Source: Acanthaster planci (taxonomy: Eukaryota). From it: a stretch of DNA of 64,000 bases. The notes beneath the pieces were generated by a model. It was given only the letters and a program-made list of their open reading frames with translations, did not search any database and was not told where the DNA came from. How positions within the stretch are numbered: position 1 is the stretch's first letter; each line of letters begins with the position of its first letter. Of this stretch, positions 12,173 through 24,100 are shown one piece after another. Both the position numbers and the translations under genes were made by a program. The stretch is from positions 2,713,825 through 2,777,824 of the forward strand of contig NW_019091361.1 of NCBI RefSeq assembly GCF_001949145.1. Reading direction: 5' to 3'.

Positions 12173-12796
12173 GTAAGTGTAACTTGTATACTTTTCTTTG
12201 ACATGATCATACTTTTGCACCTGTGACTGTCTGGGTCACTGATTGAACGAAATTTAATATTGCAAGCATTTTTTCTGTCATGTTAAGTTCGTACATGGAT
12301 CTCCCCTGTACTTGGTGTATTATGGCATGCACCCGATTTGATGACAAGTGCAGAAATGTCAATATTCATTTTTGGGTGTATGGTTTGAATACGAAAATGC
12401 AATGCACTCTCCAAGAACTTGGCTATGTTTCTCTTGAATGGTTTGAAACTTGGCATGCGTGTGAAGACACTCTCTATCATTACAAATGTGGAGTTTGAAC
12501 TCAATCAGACCTATGGTTTTGTTGTTAAAATATGCGCTGCAGTGATACAGAATAAAATGTTGTTGGGGGGGTGGATGGATTTCCTCCCCTTGGCTCTCTT
12601 AGAAATGAATGTGAGATTTGGTATGGCTTCCAGGTGGCCTCAGTGCTATTTTTAAAACCTCCCCACAAATACCCCAGTAATAATTAGTCCCATCAGTCAG
12701 GTACTAATTGGTACTTGTAATACCGGGTTTCAGTGCAGTGCCCTTTACCCTCCAAGCAGGTCTCAAGTGCTAACCCCCTGTACTTCTAATCCCCAG

Positions 12797-12954
12797 ACCA
12801 ACCTCCCTAGATGCCTTGATCTTCAGCTATCTGGCTCCTTTGCTACGAGCCCCCTTACCCAGCAACCAGTTACAGATGCACCTAAAGGCTACCGATAACC
12901 TGTGTAGGTTCTGCTCCCGTATCCTGCTTAGGTACTTCCCCGATGAACCTCAAG
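12797..12954 (+). CDS. MTX1: Metaxin-1/3-like, exon 6
   Basis: ccccag| ... CAA G|gtaaga; PTSLDALIFSYLAPLLRAPLPSNQLQMHLKATDNLCRFCSRILLRYFPDEPQ. Confidence 0.95.
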
Positions 12955-13749
12955 GTAAGATCAGGTGATAGGCAAATCGTGATCGTGTGTGACATCAGCA
13001 CCTCGGCCAAAGTGTAATCGCATCTGACATTGCTGTTCTCATTAGTCAAACTGAAGTTTATTATACGTGTTGGTGCATAGGTACTTTATAGTTGTCCAGG
13101 CTCAGTAAGCTTGATCAATCAGCCGCATTCACAAGTCCGCCATATTGAACTGAAAGGAAAGTTAACTTTTAATTTCAGGAACCTTTGAATAAAAATGAAA
13201 GCACTGAAGTCATGTTCATGACAAATCAATTTCATTTACACTAATAATTCAAAATCTGTCATCTTGATGATCCAAGCCTCATTAAACAACAAATGAAAGT
13301 GAGGTATGGAAACCAAAATCGTCAGGCACCAATCCATTTATCAGATTTCATTGAAAAAGTTAGATTCAGGAAACACCATAAGAATGACTTCCCTTTGAAT
13401 AAAGATTGATAGACTGTAAGAAATCATGGCACACTGGAGCCAGTCTGTGCTTCGAGTTGTGAGGATTGGGACTGAAAAACTCAATGTAAATTACATCATC
13501 TTGTTGACTCCAACCCTGCTACCTATGTAACGACCGTACACTCTGGCATTTTTTTTCCATTTCCTTGAAGTTCTGTTGGTTGCTTTTTAGTTTTTTCCAG
13601 ATTCAGCCTCAGGTATTCCATTTGAGGAATACAAAAGACCTCACTCATCACTCACTCAAGTAGCACCATCCGGTTTCCGAATTACATCATTCTCAGAACT
13701 GTTTCAGGTGAGCACTTTATTGCCTCTCTGTGTCTTATAACCCATCCAG

Positions 13750-13958
13750 ATCCCGGACCAACTTCTTCCCAGAAGTCCCCGACGGAAGACCCCTTTGATG
13801 ACCCCCACAAGAGGCGCAACCAGGTGCTGGCTGCCGTGGTGGCCATGACGGCGATGGCCAGCTATGCCTTCCTGAGTGGGCTGGTGAGAGTACAGATGAC
13901 CGATTCTGATGGCTCAGGGATAGAACTGGACTATGACGATGGAGAAGAGGGGCACTAA
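13750..13958 (+). CDS. MTX1: Metaxin-1/3-like, exon 7 (C-terminal transmembrane anchor, stop TAA)
   Basis: catccag|; ...DPHKRRNQVLAAVVAMTAMASYAFLSGLVRVQ...EEGH*. The RRNQ-hydrophobic helix-YA.LSG.V tail is typical of metaxin-1. All seven exons splice in frame (990 nt). Confidence 0.93.
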
Positions 13959-14449
13959 GCCAGGGTTCATTGACCAGTTATGATATTGGCGCGACATAAA
14001 TTGACAAAAAGCAGTCATAATGCAGGTATATAGAGACTTTTTATGTACCCACCTTCCCACCTATTAATCCTTGTCTCTGCAAGTGTAACATCCCATAAAA
14101 AATAGAATTTATTGAAGTCAGACAATTTAAGCCTGTACTACACCCATTCAGCCTTCAAGTTATCCAGAAAAGAGAAATTGAAGAAATCATGTATGACAAG
14201 GATAAAGAAACAAAATCTGGGAACATTTTAACATGCGAACTGAGTTGTCTTAAAACTGTTGGCATCAGGCGAACAATATTTTAGTGAGTTGCGTAACAGC
14301 TCTCAACTTGAGGACTGATTGGGAAAAATATGGTGATGGTTTTTGAGACACCTGTTCTCAATAACTCTCTACCCGTGACTATTTTGAGCCGAGTCTGTTG
14401 CTTTAGGTAAGACTTCAAGCTTTTTCATGGTGGAGATAGACTAAAGAAA

Positions 14450-14576
14450 AGGCTTGCGGTATCCACCATTTAGATCTCTTTTGGAAGAGGTATGGTTCTG
14501 ATAACACTCTCCGGTTCTTATCAGAACCATACCTCTTCCAAAAGCGATCTATCCACATGGTGTTACCACAAGCCCT
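14450..14576. repeat. Long inverted repeat (hairpin) in the predicted metaxin 3' UTR
   Basis: 14471-14504 pairs with 14518-14551 (33/34 bp, 13-nt loop), extended by imperfect pairing of 14450-14469 with 14557-14576. Confidence 0.9.
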
Positions 14577-16303
14577 CTTATCAGTCTATTGCTTTAGCCA
14601 GGCTACCTTTCCATCCGACCACATGTTCAGCAGCTGTACTGTAGTCCAGAGCAGTGTACTGTCTATCCCTTGGTAAATTATGGCATCCCAAAATGCTGTG
14701 ACTCGGTGGTTTAAGCTCCACTTATGTGTGATGGTGTGTGGGTTCCAGCCCCATGGGTACCAGCCATTAATGGATTTGGGGGGGGGCAAGGCAGTGGGGT
14801 CATTCGCCCGCCCTCTCCAAGCCCCCCCCCAGCTCTTTTTTGGTAAGTAATGAAAAGTGAATGGTTGGTTGGTTCTTTTCCCTTCAAAGTGCATGTAAAA
14901 GCCCCAGATGTGGCCTCACCCTTTCGAAAGGCCATGACAAGTTACAGGGAAAAAATCTCTACTTCTTGGCCGACCAAAAGCAAGTTTAGCCTCCCACAAA
15001 TATTGCTCTGGGTCCGGTGTAGGTACCACAGTGTTTGTTGCTTTTCCGGGGCAAGACACTCTCCGACAATTGCTTCTCTCTACCCAAGAGTGTAAATGGG
15101 TACATAGTAGGGTGTAGAATGGATCACGCCAATCTTGAGCTGTTGCAGAAAACAAAACTTTGTGGCCAGTAAAAGAGGTGATTGTGAAGAGTTTGAGATT
15201 GCTGTGTAGGGAGTGCTATATTAACACCTCATATTATTTTTTAATGTAATTTTGCAACAACAGCCAGTCAGTGTGTTCATGGATTTTGTGGCCACCGTAT
15301 GGACTTTACAGGGTTCACCAGGGTTATTTCTCAGTCATGTTTTGTTTTTAAGTCAATCTGAATTCTCCCGTTACTCTTTTTTGGCAGAACAGTCAGTGAA
15401 AACTGACATTCCGTTTGTTTGGATGCATTAGCTTGATCAAATTTCTTTGCTCAGTATTTGTTATCATCATATTAAGCACATTTGAGACACAATTATCTTT
15501 TTTGTTTGAGATTTGTTTAAGTTTTTGTATAATTGCAAATAGTAGTCCTTAACTTCACCACACTTGTCATTTTCTTAGCTAGGATCATTCCATTGATTTA
15601 TTTGTGATCTTTGCATTTCAAAGATTTGGCCAACCAGTTCAGATTTTATTTTTTGCGTGTGACATCTGTGAAGGTGGCCCTTTGATTGGAAGTGGAAGAA
15701 AATGCTGTAGCCACTGCTACATTTGAAAGATTATCTTCGGCTATGGTGGTGTTTGTCAGTTTTTGAACCTAAATTTTCTTATTCTAGTGAAATGAAATTC
15801 GAGGAAAAAAAAGAAACACAGAGATATTTGGCATATTGGAATACCCTGTCAGTACAGAACAATTTGGCAAGAAACAAGGACTATAAATCAAAAGTGCTAT
15901 TTGACAGTACTAGGTATGGAGTCTTCCCTTTCACAGTCCTTGACTTATTGATCTCAGAAGGCTGGATAGCACTGTGTCCCAAATCCTCACCACTTTCCAT
16001 GATTCAGTTATCATAGAATCTGTGGATGGTTGAACCCAATCAGTTTGTAACAAATAATGAAATACGTGTATTTGAAAAATAAACCCTAAGTATACTTTGA
16101 GTATTAAAATCATGTTGTCTGGATGCAATGTATGTATTTGTGGTTTTGTTAGAAGCCACTTGTGGCTGGCTTGTTAAAACACATCTGTTTTTTCAGAAAA
16201 ATTTTCATTATGAATGTGTAAGTGCTGAAAGAGAAAAATTCTGAAATTTTGATGCGTTAGAAAAAAAAATTCACCTTTAATCGGCCTTTTCATATTTAAT
16301 TTC

Positions 16304-16309
16304 AATAAA
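16304..16309 (+). terminator. Candidate polyadenylation signal for metaxin
   Basis: AATAAA followed by T-rich sequence, shortly before the CpG-rich region upstream of MCEE. Confidence 0.45.
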
Positions 16310-17213
16310 ATAGATTTAAAGTCTTTGACAGTGAAATGGTTGTAGCACTTTTCTCATATTTTTGTTTTAAAAAATTGTTGATAAACATTTCCTTGCCAGT
16401 CCAGATTCTGCACACTCGTACATCTTTTTGAAATGTACACGAAAATCCAGCTTCAAATTAAAAAAAAATATTTCAAATTGTACATCAGAGCCAAGGACCG
16501 GGATGATCATTCTAAAAGAGCACATTTGTGGGATGGAACACAGAGCAAGGTCTGTCCAACTATCTGCAACCGTGGAGCTAGCTCCAAGACGACTGTGCAC
16601 ACACATTGCTGTTACGCATTAAGTTTGACGCGTGCGTGCTTTTGGCAAATCACGACACCCTATTGGTCGAAGAGGTATGTAACACGCGCGTACCACCTGT
16701 CCATGAGCAAAACGGAAGGGCTGCGTAGCACCGTGATCAGAATATCGACAAGAATATAATATCAAATCAGTGCTCTGAAGTACCGCAATTCAGCGCACTG
16801 ATTTGGTATTATATTCTTGTCGATACCCGTCCATGAGCGTTGCGCTACTGCAATTATGGCTTCTAATTCTGGTTGACGAATTGCACTATAGCTAGCTATG
16901 GCTCGCTGAGATCCGCGCAGTGGCGCTAAAACGATCTTTGATGGCTGAGTGTAGGTATGGTGGCCCTGAAGGGACATACAATTCATGAAATTATTTTGCG
17001 ACACGTCGTGAATTTATTCACAACTATTCGTCAATATTTTCGAGACAAGTCGTGAATATTTTCCCGATGTCGTATATTTTTTCACCGCTAGTCGCGAATA
17101 GTTTTTCATTTGCTTGGAGGGTAAGTGCGCTAATAACAGACGGCAAATGCGCCATTGGTCTTCATTTTTACCCCGCGTTTACGTGATACCAACAGATTTG
17201 GTAACTCCAGCCT

Positions 17214-17515
17214 CGCTACGCCCCTACTCTAACATCTGTTCCAACTACAGTTGGAACCGTCCCAACTAGAGTGCCGACCCAACTACAGCACATAGGTCCA
17301 GTGTGCATGTGTCCAGCATGTGCCAAAGTCATATTCATTGTTTACAGTGTCATTTTATAGATGAAGCGCCATATTTTTGATGAATTGTGTCAGGTGTGAG
17401 ATGTATAAAACTTGGATAAGGTTGAGAAAATTTCTATAGAAATTGGTCAACAATAGTTGGGCCAGCCCAACTGCACCACTACAGTTGGGACAGACGCTAT
17501 AGTTGGGGCAAAACA
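17214..17515. mobile_element. MITE (CCCAACTAYAGTTGGG family), copy 2, ending 16 nt before the MCEE ATG
   Basis: Reverse-complement homologue of 6374-6720 along its length (e.g. ccagcatgtgccaaagtcata, tttttgatgaattgtgtc, gttgggccagcccaactgca). Confidence 0.85.
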
Positions 17516-17527
17516 TAAATAAATACC

Positions 17528-17539
17528 CAAGATGGCGGC
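17528..17539 (+). promoter_or_regulatory. YY1-type motif CAAGATGGCGGC overlapping the MCEE start codon
   Basis: Exact 12-mer, identical to the one at the metaxin start. Confidence 0.55.
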
Positions 17540-17588
17540 GGCCTTGGTTCGGCTGGGAGCACGGCATGTGCTACGAATACGAAGTTCC
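17532..17588 (+). CDS. MCEE: Methylmalonyl-CoA epimerase, exon 1 (mitochondrial transit peptide)
   Basis: MAAALVRLGARHVLRIRSS is Arg/Ala/Leu-rich with no acidic residues. Donor TCC|gtaaga; phase 0 fits exon 2. Confidence 0.8.
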
Positions 17589-17938
17589 GTAAGAAACGAT
17601 TGGCAAATAAATGGAAAATGAAATTGATTTGAACTAAATTTGTGATCGGAGAGAATGGCGATGGCGATCATGGGAAAGGGACGACAGATACACAAACGAT
17701 ATAACTTGAGCAATTTTTGTGACTTTCCAAATTAAATTTGTTCCACCAGGCATGTTCCATGATGTGTCATATCCAACGTGCAGATTTGCATTTGTTATCA
17801 TGATTATCTGGTTATGATACGTGCGCAGTCATGGCTATCGTGGTTTTGAACAAACTGAAAAAATAACTATCCTGCCAGTACATCATACATGATCTGATGA
17901 TGGTGTTCAGCGCAACCAGTTTATAACACTGTTTAGGC

Positions 17939-18026
17939 TAGCCCCACGAGTGGGGCACAGACTCTCACTCCCGATCCATAGGATGGATCTGGAGTGGTGA
18001 GAGTCCGTGCCACACTGGGGGGGCTA
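17939..18026. mobile_element. 88-bp palindromic MITE with 9-bp TSD (Mutator/MULE-like)
   Basis: tagcccc...ggcacagactctcac...gatccat / atggatc...gtgagagtccgtgcc...ggggcta, flanked by the perfect direct repeat tgtttaggc (17930-17938 and 18027-18035). Confidence 0.85.
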
Positions 18027-18323
18027 TGTTTAGGCCTAAGTTAAATCATGTTCATGTTATTGTACACCATCCAAAGTTGATGGTTTTGCATGACTTGGTA
18101 CGACTATGAGATCAACTCAGGGGTAGGCCTAGTCCGAGTAACTTGGACTCTACAAATGTACAAATCGCCTTTTTAAACATTTGGATCGACCTAGGGTACT
18201 AGGGTAGGCCTACCCCCAGAACTGTGGGGTCTGATGTCCACTCTTCTTCCAAGGGCAGACGTCGGACCCCACAGTTCTAGGGGTAGGGTATGCCTGCAAT
18301 ACATTTGCGCTAGAGTCAAGAGA

Positions 18324-19101
18324 GCCCCAGTGGTCAATCCAAAAAGTGGAGACTGTAAAAACACTTTCTATGAAATCCCTTTTGCGTGTATAGATCACTC
18401 ACCCCATCAAACGACCGATTTATTACTTTTGGCGATTTCCAGTTTGTAGAAGTCTGTTAAATTTTGGTTTCTATTTGGGCCATTTGTTTACTACAGTGAT
18501 TGACTCCCAATCGTTGACTGATGCCAAACACAGTGGGGGTCTGTTTGGTCTGGGAACTAGACAGCGTTATCACGTAGATCCCCTGACCGTGACATTGCCA
18601 AAGAATGTTGATGAATGATAAACCAAAATACAATGCTTGGGATCGAGTGTGAACTTGTTGTCAGACATAGCGTGGTGTGGCGCGCACACCATTTGCTTGT
18701 CCTATCCCCATTCCACACAATGATGACGCACACCCATGAATATACCCGATGGATGTTGTTTTTCGACACATCATTGCGTTCATGCATACGCAAGGCTTCA
18801 TTACGAGTGATACAAAGTTGCTGATAAAACTGCAGTTGTGATCACTGTCTTGAATGCTGTCTGGTTCCCAGACCGAACAGACCCCGACTGTGTTTGGCTG
18901 TGGTCAACAATTGGGAGGTAATCACTGTAGTAAACAAATGGCCCAAATCGAAACCAAAATTTCACGGACTTCTACAAACTGGAAATCACCCAAAGTAGTA
19001 TGTTGGTTGTTTGATGGGGTGAGTGATCCACACACGCAAAACGAATTTCGTAGAAGGCATTTTTGCGGCTTTTCTACTTTTTGGATTGACCGTAGTGGGG
19101 C
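18324..19101. mobile_element. Foldback-type element with ~240-bp imperfect inverted arms, in MCEE intron 1
   Basis: 18324-18565 is the diverged reverse complement of 18856-19101 (e.g. atttccagtttgtagaagtc / gacttctacaaactggaaat; gggccatttgtttactacagtgatt / aatcactgtagtaaacaaatggccc). Confidence 0.85.
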
Positions 19102-19390
19102 CAAGGGTATGAACGGAGTCCGGTAGACTGGCCCTCTGTCTGGAGCTAGAGTCAAGATTGCCATGATTATGCTTAACAATAGGCCAACATACCCTTGTGC
19201 CCGTACATACAGACATGACGGATAGGGCTACACTAGATGCTTCACAAATGTTACCTACATTGACCTACATGTAAATTGATTCTGGCGACATTTTGAAGTA
19301 TGTCTCGGTGACACATCTAATACATCCAACTCAACCAATAAAAGTCCTGCTTCTGTTTCTCCCTACCCCATACATGTCATGTGGCCTCAG

Positions 19391-19478
19391 ACTTCTTGGT
19401 TGTCAAGACATCATTATTCAGACAGTGCGTGGAGCCTGGGAAGACTGAACCATGTGGCCATAGCTGTGCCAGACCTTA
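19391..19478 (+). CDS. MCEE: Methylmalonyl-CoA epimerase, exon 2
   Basis: cctcag| ... CTT A|gtaaga; TSWLSRHHYSDSAWSLGRLNHVAIAVPDL carries the MCEE LGRLNHVAIAVPDL signature. Confidence 0.95.
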
Positions 19479-19636
19479 GTAAGAATATTTTGTCTAGAAT
19501 ATGCTGGGAAAGAATGTTGCATCCTAACTCCACTTTAGCTACTGTGTACAAAGTATGTACATGTATATGAGACAAGAGGCAGAGTGCAACATTCTTTCCA
19601 GATGTTAAAGCCATGTCCAAATCGGCTACAGCTTAA

Positions 19637-20205
19637 AGGGTAGCTGCAATCAATGGTTTTGTTTACAAACCTGTAAAATGCACCTTTGTGCTTCAGTAAA
19701 CCTTATTTTCAACTTTGGTTTCACTATTTGGGTATTTTAATGCTTTTTGTTTTTATGCCGAGTGTTGCCATATTCATGAGCAAAACTGTGATGTCATCTC
19801 GGGAAGAAGCTTCAATGTATATGCTGGTTTGTACACAAAAATTCCAGCGTTTTAGTAGATTTTCCTGGACTAAGTTTTCTCATTGCTGATTGTTTTTTTT
19901 ATGTGCAATGTGCATAGCACTAAGAAACCATTAATCCCTCTCTCAGAAATATTTTTAGTTAGTAAATTCTGGGTGCACAATTTGAACAGAAATATACCTA
20001 TGCACTGAACCATGTCTTCCCTAGATGACTTCACAGCAACAGCGCCCTCAATTGTCCGGGAAAGCATGGATAATTTCGTTGTTCAAAAGTATGCACTTTT
20101 CAATGCATTTAACCAAACAGGAGTGTGTAAGACTTTTCATACATTCAAGAAAAGTACAAAGATGCAGAAAAATTGGGTCAAAGAAAAATTCATTGCAGCT
20201 ACACT
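19637..20205. mobile_element. Non-autonomous DNA transposon with TTAA TSD (Kolobok/piggyBac-type)
   Basis: TTAA|agggtagctgcaat ... attgcagctacact|TTAA; 14-bp TIR with one mismatch. Confidence 0.75.
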
Positions 20206-20572
20206 TTAAATTGTTGCTAATGGTGCACTGCAGTGAACAGCTGTGGCCAAGAATGACAGTGCTTATTGATACATGATCTAATTTACTTTTTAATTTGCAC
20301 AAGCAGGGCTAGGAGCTTCTGTGTTCATTAAAAACAATGTTTACAAGTCAAACTTGTCCGCACACTGCAAATATGCATCATTTTGACAAGGAAATATTTT
20401 ACCAATTTTTAACCTAGCATTTGGATAATTTTGGACATCAGGAGCGTATTAGTAGAATTTGAGCAACCTACGTCAGGGAAAGTGTGCAAAAAGGCTTGCA
20501 AAAATTTTGCCATGGCAGAAATTATGACTAGAAGCAGAGATTTGACGCTAGATTTATCTTCATATTTTATAG

Positions 20573-20628
20573 CGGACGCAGTCAAGGTATATAGAGATGT
20601 GTTTCAAGCTAAAGTCAGTGAGCCGCAA
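20573..20628 (+). CDS. MCEE: Methylmalonyl-CoA epimerase, exon 3
   Basis: ttttatag| ... CAA|gtaagt; (T)DAVKVYRDVFQAKVSEPQ; phases fit both neighbours. Confidence 0.93.
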
Positions 20629-21007
20629 GTAAGTACAATGCCTTTTCTTCCACAGTTGTACTTAATGGGTAATATGTGACAGTTTGTGAGCTTGTGAGCA
20701 TGAGGGAGGTATTGAAATGCTTTGCATGGTTATCCTAAGGGTGCCCCTGGAAATGAGCCTCATCTTGTACTTGGTTAAAACTGGAACCCACCTGCGTGCC
20801 AGTGCAAATGCTTCAATTGTTGATCAAGTCAGCTGATCTGAATTTCAAATTCAGTCGGCCGTGTCTCATTGTAACTAGTACCGCCATGTACATTACACCG
20901 AGAGCTTCTTGAAAACTCAAATATCTACAGACCTTAGTCCTAAAACTTGATTTTTTGCCCACTGCCTTGCAATGGCTCAACTTTGTTTTTTCATTTTTGT
21001 TTGAAAG

Positions 21008-21154
21008 GCCCTTCCTGAGCATGGTGTGACTGTCGTCTTTGTGGAACTGGAAAACACGAAGCTGGAACTACTGGAACCCCTGGGTGACAACAGCCCCATC
21101 GGAGGGTACTTAAAGAAAAAACCAGGGGGAGGTATGCACCACGTATGTCTTGAG
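21008..21154 (+). CDS. MCEE: Methylmalonyl-CoA epimerase, exon 4
   Basis: ttgaaag| ... GAG|gtgaga; ALPEHGVTVVFVELENTKLELLEPLGDNSPIGGYLKKKPGGGMHHVCLE (VOC-fold MCEE motifs). Confidence 0.96.
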
Positions 21155-24100
21155 GTGAGACCTGTACTGCCGCAGACTTGCTCTGTGGTCAGATTCAATG
21201 CATTCTGAAGCAGAAGTCTGTGTGATTAGAATGAGGAATTCTTGGTTGGCCCAAACACTGCCTCTCAGGGTGTGATTAGGCGTCTGTCTGTCGTCCACAC
21301 AAGCAGTCCCTTACACTTGACGTTCACTGTGTGTAGCACTCGCCATCAGCTGCTGTGGTTATGTGGAAGAGAGTCTAATAAATGGAGCTTATGGGATGTT
21401 TGTTTGGTTCAAACAAACATCCCTTTTTCGAGGGATTCATCTCTTGCGGTGTTATTCCATAGCTGCTGTGTTGAAGTGGCTGTTGTTCCCAACACCCACT
21501 TCAACTTTTCAAACCGTTGTTATTGAAATGCATGCCAGGTTGCTCAAACCATGCTTTACCATACTTCACACTATGCAAGCTCAGCTCCCACAAAATATAG
21601 TTCACTATCTGCCCCTCTTTTCATTTTCCTGGTCAATGAAAACCGAGAGAGCTGTAAATTTAAGACCAGATGATTTTTAAAAATTCTTGTATTCATCTGG
21701 CCATTATTGATTGACTTTTTTTACAGCCGTTACTCTCACCTTGCACATAATATTTTCCAGAAGGTCTGTCATGGCTGTGACTCACGATAGTCAAGCACCT
21801 TGGCTCATTACTTAGACATGTCACTTGGGCTGTGTTCAAACTGGGCTTAGTTCTCCACACCTACGGCCATTTGCCATGGCATGCTAATGGCACTAACCGT
21901 AGCCACAGCCAGAAAATACCTGATTTGGACGTGGCTAGTCTTGATTCTCATCTAGCTGCTTTGCTGTGGCCCCTGGCTGTTGTACGTCCTACTCATCAGC
22001 ACATGTTTGCTGCCATCTGTAGTTGACAGGATCAGTTATATTTTTCATCCTAAAGACTGTGACCAAGTTATGTGGCTATGGCTAGATACAGAGCATGTGT
22101 GTATCTTAGCTATTACTAAGTGGCTACTTCCACTTCCCATGGACTTGTGTATTACCGCCAGCCGCAGCCAGGTAATTTGGACATTTTCTTTTTTTCAGCA
22201 AATGCAGCGCTCCGTGCAAAGCAGCAACTTGTACTGCCTGATACTTGGAACTAGGTTGGGGATGTGAACAGTGCTGGAAAAATTAGTGCTGAATTCTCAG
22301 TTTTTCAATTTGTGACCAAAAAAAAAACTCAGAGTGTAAAGAATCTTATTTCTTCCTGATGGTTCTGCTTGAATTGCAAAAAAAAAAGTCAAGGGGCACC
22401 ATGCTTGTACGTTGTTCCAAGAAAGTGTGCAAGTTTTCGATCTGGTAGTGTCTAGCGGAACTACAAGGGATTCTGTGCTTACTTTTTGAGAGTGATCAGC
22501 CTCGCAATCAGGCATTGCCCGTTTCCTGTGAATATCTGGAAGAATCAGAGGAGATTATGTGTCTTGAGTGTCTCAAGAACGTTGTGTGTCACTGATAAGA
22601 GTTGTTAAAGTTAAATAGATACGATGGACCTACCCAGGGTTTACTGCCGGGTGGGGGTTAGTGAGATGGGCCAGTTTTGAAGCATTATAACGATAGGCAC
22701 CTGCCAACTGGTGATGTAAACCTGCGGCAGAATTTAGTGTTCAGGGGTGAGAACATGTGATGTGGGGACAAGATTCATGTCACGCTGTTGAGTCAGACAC
22801 GAATACCCTAATCCTGGAGTCTCTTCTAATCCTAAATGAAATCTCACTTCCTCTCAGAACTCTGCGATAAGAAATTTTGCGCAGCAACATTTATGTGAAT
22901 CATAAACACCGGCTTTTCTGCGTGGGGATTTCTAGAGGCGATTCTATGCATTGCATGTCAGATTCTCGGAATGCTGTTATTCCTCTGCATACGCCTTGTA
23001 TCTGTAGGTCACATCCCTCGAAACCTCACCATCAAAAATTCTTTACACTTGCCAATGCACCTTTGTGGTGTGCATTTTTGTTTATGTTAGGTTCACATGC
23101 TGTACTTTGTGTTGGCATAATGCTGACCGGAGTGCATAGGACCTCGCCTCTTTACAGGGAGGTTCTCTACAAATTAGGACTGAGTTGTGGGGACTTCTGT
23201 TCCCACAACATTTTTGGTGTAATGACAAGTATATGTCCTGACATCTACGGTTAACCCTCCACCAACTCGGCAGTTAAAAAAAACCTACCTAGTAGTTTCA
23301 ACTGTCGCATACAAAAATCATATTTGTACTTATTTTGTAAACTATACAACCACTGGAATGTTACTTGCAATCACTATATACATCTGCCAACACGTCGAAG
23401 TACAAAACCCATTGATGGCTGGTATCCATTGTGGGGGTGGGGCTGACAGGTAGGGGATGCAGTGGCACATCTAGCAGGGTAGGTGGTCTGAGAAAGTTGT
23501 GATGAGGAGATCAAACATCCTTGAACTGATTTGGGGATGTACAAGTCAAGTGGCATCAGGGAGGAACTTTACGCAGAGCTACATGTGTGGAGGAACTGAA
23601 TGTACACAAAGCTATGGTAATAGCAGATTGTACCCAACATATGGGAGTTATTATTGTTATTTTATTCAGAAATCAATCAACTAAGCAACAATCGTACACA
23701 GAGAAAACAAGATACGGTTGATTCATTCTGGGATAACCCAAGAAAGCCAATTACACAGGCTTATTTCCATTGGGGTCCCCTAAGTACATAATTATATGGA
23801 CAAATTTACAAAATTACACATATACAGAACAAACAGAACATGAAAAAGTTTTTTTTTTCTGCCAAATTCTGGGAGAGCCAGACTGCTCTGATGACTCACC
23901 CCCCCTCCAAAATTAGAGTCCACGTCCAACTTAAAAAGCCATGGAGAATGGGCTCAGCGTTGTTTACTATGAGCTCAGAAGGTCAACAGTCCTGATTTGG
24001 GACAGTCCAAACTGTCACTCTCCATAACCGCAGGGTATGCGTGCACCAACTGAGGTTGAACTTGATTGTCATAGTTACTGTCATATTTTGTCGCATTTGC

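Noticed and set aside
22031..22070. Intronic FHPKDC resembling LHPKDC of MCEE exon 5
   Set aside because: Similarity covers only ~30 nt, needs a gap, and the flanks do not align; chance is as likely as a decayed duplicate exon.
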